Shown: positions 26,852-32,000, numbered from the stretch's first letter. The stretch: 32,000 nucleotides of DNA from an uncultured Opitutales bacterium (GCA_934613415.1 CAKTSY010000001.1:562717-594716); one strand, 5' to 3'. The notes: a model not told the origin generated them from the letters alone. Numbers and translations are program-made.

Positions 26852-27631
26852 ATGGCTATTACTGCAAAAAACAAAGTTTTAGGCATCGACATTGGCGGCT
26901 CTGGCGTAAAAGGCGCCATTGTAGACATAAAAAAAGGCGAATTTGCCAGCGAAAGGGTTAGAATTCCCACGCCCGTTCCCGCAACAAAAGAGGGGCTTAT
27001 TGCCGCCATAGGCGAGATAATAAAAACGCTGAACTGGAAGGGGAAAATAGGCTGCGGCTTTCCCGGCATTGTAAAAGACCAGGTTATAGAAAGCGCCGCA
27101 AATTTGGGCGACGACGTTTTTAGAGGCACAAACCTTGCAGAGGAAATTGGCCGCAATTTCGGCAACGACGCCTGGATTATAAACGACGGCGACGCCGCGG
27201 GCCTAGCCGAGCTTTATTTTGGGGCCGCCAAGGGGCGAAAAGGAACTGTTATAATGCTTACCATAGGCACTGGCATAGGCTCTGCAATATTGTTCGACGG
27301 CCACCTTTTGCCCAATAGCGAGCTTGGGCACATAAGGGTTGCCGACCCGAAGAAAAAGGGCAAGGCAATTTCGGCCGAAAAGCTTTATAGCGATGCCGCA
27401 CGCAAAAAATTCGAATACGGCTGGAAACAATGGGCAGTAAAGTTCAATGAGTATATAGCTTATGTGGAAAGACTTTTTTCGCCAAACCTTATTGTTTTGG
27501 GCGGGGGTGCCGCAGCCAAGGCCGACAAATATTTTAAATATCTGCACAGCACCTGCGACATAGCCATTGCCGACCTCGAAAACAAAGCGGGCATTATAGG
27601 CGCAGCCTACCGCGCCCACCAAAAGCTCTAG
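26852..27631 (+). CDS. ppgK: Polyphosphate glucokinase-like ROK-family sugar kinase
   Basis: Start at the ATG at 26852 (259 aa). LGIDIGGSGVKGAIVDIKKGEF..ERVRIPTPVPAT closely matches the N-terminal pattern I recall for actinobacterial PpgK. The length (~260 aa) also fits. Confidence 0.7.
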   Translation: MAITAKNKVLGIDIGGSGVKGAIVDIKKGEFASERVRIPTPVPATKEGLIAAIGEIIKTLNWKGKIGCGFPGIVKDQVIESAANLGDDVFRGTNLAEEIGRNFGNDAWIINDGDAAGLAELYFGAAKGRKGTVIMLTIGTGIGSAILFDGHLLPNSELGHIRVADPKKKGKAISAEKLYSDAARKKFEYGWKQWAVKFNEYIAYVERLFSPNLIVLGGGAAAKADKYFKYLHSTCDIAIADLENKAGIIGAAYRAHQKL

Positions 27632-27635
27632 GCGC

Positions 27636-27831
27636 CTTTTGTGGTCGAACCTGGCGTTCTCGTCTCCTACTGCTTACAACAAAAAAGGCTCCGTTTTCAC
27701 GGAGCCCTTTTTGGTTGACCAGTAGGCATTGGACTCGCTCGCTTGGTTTTGCTTTCGCAAAATCCGCGCTGTTCTCGCCCTTCGGGTAAATGCTTCCGCA
27801 TTTATCCTCCACAAAAGCTCGCATCCTGCGA
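27636..27831. repeat. Repeat unit 1 (X1 27636-27726 + Y1 27727-27831)
   Basis: X1 contains the ppgK terminator and a 15-nt copy of the tRNA-Gln 3' end (27712-27726). Confidence 0.95.
27681..27712 (+). terminator. Rho-independent terminator of ppgK (copy 1 of the repeated bidirectional terminator)
   Basis: AAAAAA-GGCTCCG-ttttca-CGGAGCC-CTTTTT. The stem is perfect in this copy. Confidence 0.8.
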
Positions 27832-28026
27832 CTTTTGTGGTCGAACCTGGCGTTCTCGTCTCCTACTGCTTACAACAAAAAAGGCTCCGTTTTCACGAAG
27901 CCTTTTTGGTTGACCAGTAGGCATTGGACTCGCTCGCTTGGTTTTGCTTTCGCAAAATCCGCGCTGTTCTCGCCCTTCGGGTAAATGCTTCCGCATTTAT
28001 CCTCCACAAAAGCTCGCATCCTGCGA
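27832..28026. repeat. Repeat unit 2 (X2 27832-27921 + Y2 27922-28026)
   Basis: Contains a second orphan tRNA-Gln 3'-end copy (27907-27921) and a terminator copy. Confidence 0.95.
27877..27907. terminator. Repeated terminator hairpin, copy 2
   Basis: GGCTCCG-ttttca-CGAAGCC with A-run and T-run flanks. The stem has one C/A mismatch on the plus strand, which becomes a G-U wobble on the minus strand. Confidence 0.6.
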
Positions 28027-28116
28027 CTTTTGTGGTCGAACCTGGCGTTCTCGTCTCCTACTGCTTACAACAAAAAAGGCTCCGTTTTCACGAAGCCTTT
28101 TTGGTTGACCAGTAGG
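28027..28116. repeat. Repeat unit 3 (X3 only), continuous with the intact tRNA-Gln gene
   Basis: Its last 15 nt (28102-28116) are the genuine 3' end of the tRNA. Confidence 0.95.
28072..28101 (-). terminator. Rho-independent terminator of tRNA-Gln (copy 3)
   Basis: On the minus strand, immediately after the CCA: AAAAGGCTTCG-tgaaaa-CGGAGCC-TTTTTTG. Confidence 0.8.
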
Positions 28117-28175
28117 GACTCGAACCCCAACAAAAGGTGCCAGAAACCTTTGTGCTACCATTACACCACTGGTCA
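28102..28175 (-). tRNA. tRNA-Gln (anticodon CUG), CCA encoded
   Basis: Hand-folded 74-nt cloverleaf: acceptor TGACCAG/CTGGTCA (U1-A72), D arm GTGT-AATGGTA-GCAC, anticodon arm AAGGT-TTCTGGC-ACCTT, T arm TGGGG-TTCGAGT-CCCTA, discriminator A, CCA. Confidence 0.93.
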
Positions 28176-28190
28176 ATTTATAAAGGCGCT

Positions 28191-28218
28191 ATTCTCTTAT
28201 ATTCTTTAATTATGTCAA
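28191..28218 (-). promoter_or_regulatory. Sigma-70-type promoter candidate for tRNA-Gln
   Basis: On the minus strand, TTGACA (28218-28213), a 16-nt spacer, then GAGAAT (28196-28191). This would start transcription about 10 nt before the mature 5' end. Confidence 0.5.
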
Positions 28219-28274
28219 GAACAATTTGAATTTTGCCTAAATGCAAAGCATATACTTGTTTGACAACATAAAAG

Positions 28275-28314
28275 TTTAAAGTGCCATTTTAAAGTGCCAA
28301 AATGGCACTTTAAA
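28275..28314. promoter_or_regulatory. Three 12-bp TTTAAAGTGCCA sites (direct, direct, inverted): candidate protein-binding array
   Basis: Sites at 28275-28286, 28288-28299 and the inverted copy at 28303-28314. All three are perfect. Confidence 0.4.
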
Positions 28315-28617
28315 TTTACTAAGTCTCTTTCAACCCTACAGATTTTGCGAATATTAAGCGTTTGCCATTTGCAAAGTTTTTTTGATTGGCTGGCAGTGCA
28401 GATAGGAAGTTTGCAACCTATATAAACACTACCGGGAATTTTTAATGTCAGTTTTAAATAAATATACGCTTTTGTTTTGATATAGTGTAGTGCCTTTGCC
28501 CTACCCTAAAGGAAATCGGCAAAAGACTTATTGAATTTTACCAAAACAAAAAAACACTGTTTTTTCAGGATATAGACATTTTATATACAAATTGTTTTAC
28601 CCATTCTAATAATTTAA

Positions 28618-28647
28618 TTGACTAAAAACCCTTTGTTTGCCTATATT
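28618..28647 (+). promoter_or_regulatory. Sigma-70-type promoter candidate for the TRL lipoprotein gene
   Basis: TTGACT (28618-28623), an 18-nt spacer, then TATATT (28642-28647), about 50 nt upstream of the ATG at 28698. Confidence 0.5.
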
Positions 28648-28697
28648 TTTGGCAAGCAATGCAAGGTTGCATTTGCAAAACTTAAAGCAATATAGAT

Positions 28698-29009
28698 ATG
28701 AAGAAATCACTACTTATTTTGGGCGCGGCAGCCTCTGCCGCAATTTTGTCGGGTTGCGCTTCAACTATCCCCACAGGCGCGTTTTATACCGATGTTAGAG
28801 TTCCAGTTTCGGCAACCACAAACGAAGTCGGCACAAAAATCGGCAAATCTACCTGCAAAAGCTATGTAGGCGTTGTAACAATTGGCGATGCCAGCATAGA
28901 AGCCGCAAAGAAAAACGGCGGCATAACCAAAGTTGTTTCGGTAGACTGGAAAGCCAAGAGCATTCTCGGCATAGTCGGCGAATACGAATGCATAGTCCGC
29001 GGCGAATAG
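28698..29009 (+). CDS. Small TRL-family lipoprotein
   Basis: 103 aa. Lipobox LSGC. The pattern GAFYTDV..P......VGTKIGKS.C.SY.G.V..GDASIEAAKKNGGITKV..VD......LG....Y..IV.GE matches the TRL-like lipoprotein family as I recall it. Confidence 0.75.
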   Translation: MKKSLLILGAAASAAILSGCASTIPTGAFYTDVRVPVSATTNEVGTKIGKSTCKSYVGVVTIGDASIEAAKKNGGITKVVSVDWKAKSILGIVGEYECIVRGE

Positions 29010-29030
29010 TAGGCTAACTACTCTGCAACA

Positions 29031-29064
29031 AAAAAGCCTTTTTAGGAATTCCTAAAAAGGCTTT
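29031..29064. terminator. Bidirectional terminator between the convergent TRL and pentapeptide genes
   Basis: AAAAAGCCTTTTTAGG-aatt-CCTAAAAAGGCTTT. Confidence 0.8.
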
Positions 29065-29090
29065 GCGTTATATTCTGAACATTTAAATTT

Positions 29091-30284
29091 TTATTTGCGG
29101 CGGCGATACACTGCCAAGCCCAACGCCAACGCGCCAAAGATCGCCGCAACGGTTGCGGGTTCGGGAACATTAGCATTTACATTAATATTTAATGAACCTG
29201 TCGATGAATCGAAATCAAAGCCCCATTTTTCCGAATCGTAGGCTTCACCATTTATGTTTAGGATTACGTTTTCCTTTTTGAGTGAATCAGTACCTATTAC
29301 CTGCGAACCCACCACAGTCTCTATTACTGAAAACGTGTAAGAATCGTCAGGAGAAATTACACCGTCTAGATTTATCGTAATTTTACTGTCCGAATCGAAA
29401 ACGAGCTTTGAGTTTTCTCCAAGCAGAATTTTTGTTGCATCGGTCGCAGCATCTACATTGAAAATAATTTCGCTATTATCTGCAACGGTAAGCGTTTTAC
29501 CAGCCATTATTTCTAGTATCGCCCCCTCTTCAAGAGTCAACACCGCCCCGCCAGAAATAGAAGCGTTGTCAACAACCCTCGCATTTATCATAGCTCCGCC
29601 AGAGGTTGCGGGAATATACTTACGAATAGTCAAACTATCGTCCGCTGATGTCATCGAGAAGTTCGTGATAATGCCATCAGTTCCTATAGTGTTCTTGTAT
29701 ATTGCGGAACCTGACGTGCTTGTAAATATTGCACCTCTTAAATCACTCTTCTCAAAATTTACACCAGTAATATCTGTTCCCGTGAAATTTGTCCGCATTA
29801 AATTTACTTCTGAAAAGTCTACTGATGTCCCATTCCAAGATAAAAACTGATAATGAAGAATGCTGTTTTTAAAACTTGCTCCAGTTAAATTTGCACCTTT
29901 GAAATTACAACGCGTAGACATTGCAGTATAGCTTGTAAATTCGGTGACACACGATGTCAATGTTGCCCCATCGAATATCGCATTTGTCAAATTAGCATAT
30001 GAAAAATCTACAGAAGCACCATCAACACATCTAAATCCATAAGATGATGCCGAAAGAATGGAATCTTTAAAATTAGCTCCTGTAAGGTTTGTTGCAATAA
30101 ATGTTGCCGCTTTTGATCCACCACCATTTGACGAATAGGCTCCTTTGCATTTTTCCCATACGGATCTTCTCATAGAAAGACCTGTAAAGTTTTTAGTATA
30201 AATATCTTGCTCACTATAGTCTTCTCTGTCGGCAAAACACGTAATTGTTACAAACATTGATATTATTGCTATATACTTTTTCAT
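29091..30284 (-). CDS. Secreted pentapeptide-repeat protein with a beta-helix-like C-terminal region and a PEP-CTERM sorting signal
   Basis: 397 aa. Signal peptide. Several A(N/D)L.G.NF/ANLTNAIF pentapeptide runs. C-terminus VPEPATVAAIFGALALGLAVYRRRK (PEP motif + transmembrane segment + basic tail). Confidence 0.8.
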   Translation of the reverse strand: MKKYIAIISMFVTITCFADREDYSEQDIYTKNFTGLSMRRSVWEKCKGAYSSNGGGSKAATFIATNLTGANFKDSILSASSYGFRCVDGASVDFSYANLTNAIFDGATLTSCVTEFTSYTAMSTRCNFKGANLTGASFKNSILHYQFLSWNGTSVDFSEVNLMRTNFTGTDITGVNFEKSDLRGAIFTSTSGSAIYKNTIGTDGIITNFSMTSADDSLTIRKYIPATSGGAMINARVVDNASISGGAVLTLEEGAILEIMAGKTLTVADNSEIIFNVDAATDATKILLGENSKLVFDSDSKITINLDGVISPDDSYTFSVIETVVGSQVIGTDSLKKENVILNINGEAYDSEKWGFDFDSSTGSLNINVNANVPEPATVAAIFGALALGLAVYRRRK

Positions 30285-30288
30285 AATT

Positions 30289-30675
30289 TTAGTATCCTAG
30301 ATATTTGAAAATTGAAGGAAGAAGTGGGTCTAGATGAATATTAAATGGGCCTTTCCAAGTAGCTCCATTAGATTGGGTATAGCTTGAAACCGAATATTCG
30401 CTAGGATTCCCAGATTTTGTAAATTGCCCGTGTAATGAATTAAAATATGTCGCTATTTGAACATATTCTTTTTGGCGAACAACAAATGATGTATGCCCTG
30501 GAGCGAGATATAAAGTTTCAATCTCTCCATTTGTTTTGTCCAACGACAAAATATTGCAACCGGCACCGCCTTTGTTTCCCATCGATGGAATATGCAATGG
30601 CAGTTTATTGCCAGTTAAAACTAGTTGCGAAACGATATCGTTTATGCAAACGGATATATTTAATGGTGCTGACAT
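30289..30675 (-). CDS. Hypothetical protein, no recognisable family
   Basis: Open frame ending 4 nt upstream of the pentapeptide gene start. Start is the ATG at 30675 (128 aa, preceded by GAAAGAG) or the ATG at 30744 (151 aa). No signal peptide is visible. Confidence 0.5.
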   Translation of the reverse strand: MSAPLNISVCINDIVSQLVLTGNKLPLHIPSMGNKGGAGCNILSLDKTNGEIETLYLAPGHTSFVVRQKEYVQIATYFNSLHGQFTKSGNPSEYSVSSYTQSNGATWKGPFNIHLDPLLPSIFKYLGY

Positions 30676-30821
30676 AACTCTTTCAAAGTAATTATGTACG
30701 GGTATATGGTATTTAGAATACCATATGCTGCAAAATTTGTGCAATACTCTGATTATCAGACAAAATTATTTATTGAAATATTGATTCTTTTAAAGCCTAT
30801 CTTTGAAAAAGAAATCCTGGA

Positions 30822-30874
30822 ATTGTCAACAAACCAAACAGTACAAAAGTTTTTTGGCTTTTGCTGTTGACAAT
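30822..30874. promoter_or_regulatory. 10-bp perfect inverted repeat just upstream of the integrase start
   Basis: ATTGTCAACA (30822-30831) and TGTTGACAAT (30865-30874), 33 nt apart. Each arm contains an outward-facing TTGACA. Confidence 0.3.
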
Positions 30875-30889
30875 GGTATTCTAAATACC

Positions 30890-31888
30890 ATGAACAATGA
30901 ATTGATATCAGCGAGGGCTCTTTTAAGGGGCAAAAACATTAGCGTGTTAGATGCAGCTAGGCTTATTTGCAATATTGCAGATTTTATGCCCAAAAAATCC
31001 AAACTTACTACCCTTCAGTTTTGCGCCAAAGTAATTGATATTGGCAAAAATAACTTTAGGCAAAACGAAATGCCCATAGCCAAAGGCTTTGATATTTATT
31101 TGCAGACAAAGCAGGATTTGCGAAAAGCCTCGTTTAGCGACATTAAATATTTGGGCAATAAGTTGATGAAAGCCAAACCCGAATTTGCCAAGCGCAATTT
31201 TTCGGAGCTTAGTGTTGCAGACTGTGAAGAGTGGCTAAATTGTGCTTTTACAACCCCAAGCCAATACAACAAAGGACGCGCTATGTTGCACGGGTTGTTT
31301 GAATTTGCCCTAAGGCGCGAGTGGTGTGATAAAAACCCGATAAAGCGAATTTTAAGAAAAAAGGTAATAGAAAAAGAAATTTTGCCACTAAAGCTATTTG
31401 AAATTAAAAGAATTATAACCAATGCCAAAAAGGAGAAAAACGGCATATATTTGCCTGCCGTTGCCCTTTTGGTCTTTGCAGGCATTCGCCCGCGCGAAGT
31501 TAGGCGTTTAACTTGGCAGGATATTGATTTGCAGGAAAACACAATAACGGTGCGCTCGCTGTGTTCCAAAACAGGCGGGGTGCGCCAAGTAGAAATTATG
31601 CCGCAATTAAAGCGCATTTTGCTAAGCTATAAACCGAAACCCCAGCAAAAAATATGCCCTGTAAACTGGCAACGACGTTGGCGCAAAATACGCAACCATT
31701 CGGGCTTTAGCGGCCGCTGGGTGCAAGACGTTTTGCGCCACACCTACGCCAGCTTTTTTGCCAAGCGTTTTAAAGACTTGCCGCGCCTACAGCTAAATAT
31801 GGGGCACAGCAACCAAATGCTTCTGCGAAGCCGCTACATAAATATGCGCAACATCTCGCGCTTTGAAGCCGAAAAGTTTTTCAACTAA
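30890..31888 (+). CDS. Tyrosine-type site-specific recombinase/integrase
   Basis: Start taken at the ATG at 30890 (332 aa; the track ORF begins at an upstream TTG). Catalytic signature in order: AGIRPREV (Arg I), VLRHTYAS (Arg II region), MGHSN (His) and RSRYI (Tyr). Confidence 0.85.
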   Translation: MNNELISARALLRGKNISVLDAARLICNIADFMPKKSKLTTLQFCAKVIDIGKNNFRQNEMPIAKGFDIYLQTKQDLRKASFSDIKYLGNKLMKAKPEFAKRNFSELSVADCEEWLNCAFTTPSQYNKGRAMLHGLFEFALRREWCDKNPIKRILRKKVIEKEILPLKLFEIKRIITNAKKEKNGIYLPAVALLVFAGIRPREVRRLTWQDIDLQENTITVRSLCSKTGGVRQVEIMPQLKRILLSYKPKPQQKICPVNWQRRWRKIRNHSGFSGRWVQDVLRHTYASFFAKRFKDLPRLQLNMGHSNQMLLRSRYINMRNISRFEAEKFFN

Positions 31889-32000
31889 GGCTTTGCGTTT
31901 TGGGGCAGCCAAATAAAAATTTTTACAGTTTCATATAAATTAAAGGGTATGTCCGCCCCTGTTCGTCGCACGGTGTTCGTTTATACGGCTTAAAGCCAAG

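Larger units (their letters stand above)
27636..28116. repeat. Tandem repeat array X-Y-X-Y-X (period 196/195 bp) abutting and overlapping the 3' end of tRNA-Gln
   Basis: Direct text comparison. 27832-28026 equals 27636-27831 except G(27702)/A(27898) and one extra C (CCC 27705-27707 versus CC 27901-27902). 28027-28116 is identical to 27832-27921. Confidence 0.97.

Noticed and set aside
26707-27165. N-terminal extensions of track ORFs. They are pfp to 27165, ppgK from 26747, the transporter from 15337, the pseudouridine synthase to 15789, nusB to 13339, rsmD from 8731, and the integrase from TTG 30803.
   Set aside because: Homology-consistent N-termini begin at internal start codons, several of which have a Shine-Dalgarno sequence. 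The extensions overlap neighbouring genes and look non-protein-like.
27727-27831. Y module as a decayed tRNA gene or a tmRNA/tRNA-like RNA.
   Set aside because: - Beyond the CGAGTC + 15-nt 3' block there is no cloverleaf.
- No 5' acceptor strand is present (the best match to TGACCAG is CGACCAC).
- The GGTTCGA in X cannot form a 5-bp T stem with G53-C61.

Resemblance to a tRNA is limited to the junction.
27729-28115. Identical 63-64 aa ORFs (27729-27920 and 27924-28115 plus strand; 27790-27984 plus; 27802-27996 minus). Each spans exactly one 195-nt repeat period.
   Set aside because: - They exist only because three frames happen to carry one stop per 195-nt unit (195 is divisible by 3).
- Two use TTG starts, and none has a ribosome-binding site.
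- The products are low-complexity and Arg/Ser/Phe-rich.
- They run straight through a terminator hairpin and a tRNA fragment.

The pattern is a curiosity of the repeat, not credible coding sequence.
27636-28116. Could the tandem array be a CRISPR array?
   Set aside because: The whole 195-bp period is repeated, so there are no unique spacers between short repeats. There are no cas genes, and the repeat contains a tRNA fragment and a terminator.
28281-28308. TGGCAC hexamers in the triple motif as sigma-54 -24 boxes.
   Set aside because: No TTGC -12 element lies at the required 4-5 nt spacing on either strand. TGGCAC here is just part of the 12-bp repeated site.
28102-31888. A classical island inserted into this tRNA-Gln and carrying the integrase.
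   Set aside because: The integrase patch lies on the 5' side of the tRNA, whereas integration regenerates the 3' end. No tRNA-core direct repeat is visible to the right within the window. It is kept as an open question in the findings rather than called a mobile element.
31923-32000. Possible 3' end of a minus-strand gene running off the window (...LGFKPYKRTPCDEQGRTYPLIYMKL-stop).
   Set aside because: Only 25 codons are visible and no motif is recognisable, so it cannot be told apart from a chance open frame.

Overview
This is a 32-kb chromosomal window from a diderm bacterium. Taxonomy cannot be fixed from the sequence. A PEP-CTERM sorting tail, a PPi-dependent PFK and a polyphosphate glucokinase fit PVC-type or other environmental lineages, but that is a guess.

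Positions 1-27631 are tightly packed housekeeping genes, mostly on the minus strand, with many 1-20 nt overlaps. They are:
- a Ppx/GppA-like phosphatase, rsmI and folK-folB-folP;
- a Vibrio TonB2-style energy-transduction cluster (DUF3450 protein, long ExbB/TtpC-like protein, ExbB, ExbD, TonB, TPR protein), preceded by an LpxR/DUF2219-like outer-membrane protein;
- rsmD, tcdA, tatD, aroB, ftsY, nusB, ribH and a ribB fusion whose GTP-cyclohydrolase-II-like domain looks degenerate;
- an RsuA/RluB-type pseudouridine synthase, a YfeH-like transporter and a secreted GH2 glycosidase;
- clpB, a stand-alone CoaC-like flavoprotein, rsmE and aspS;
- a divergent pair encoding PPi-phosphofructokinase and polyphosphate glucokinase.

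The most unusual structure lies at 27636-28116. Near-identical 195-bp units are stacked in the order X-Y-X-Y-X against an intact tRNA-Gln(CUG) gene (28102-28175, minus strand). Each X carries the last 15 nt of the tRNA plus its bidirectional terminator. Each Y is a 105-bp ORF-less module packed with hairpins. This looks like repeated att-site formation at a tRNA 3' end, but with no cargo.

On the other (5') side of the tRNA lies an AT-richer accessory patch (28.2-31.9 kb). It holds a TRL-type lipoprotein, a pentapeptide-repeat/PEP-CTERM surface protein, an unrecognisable small protein and a tyrosine integrase.

I found no CRISPR array, IS element, rRNA or recognisable defence system. All functional calls rest on my own recognition of motifs in the translated ORFs, not on database searches.
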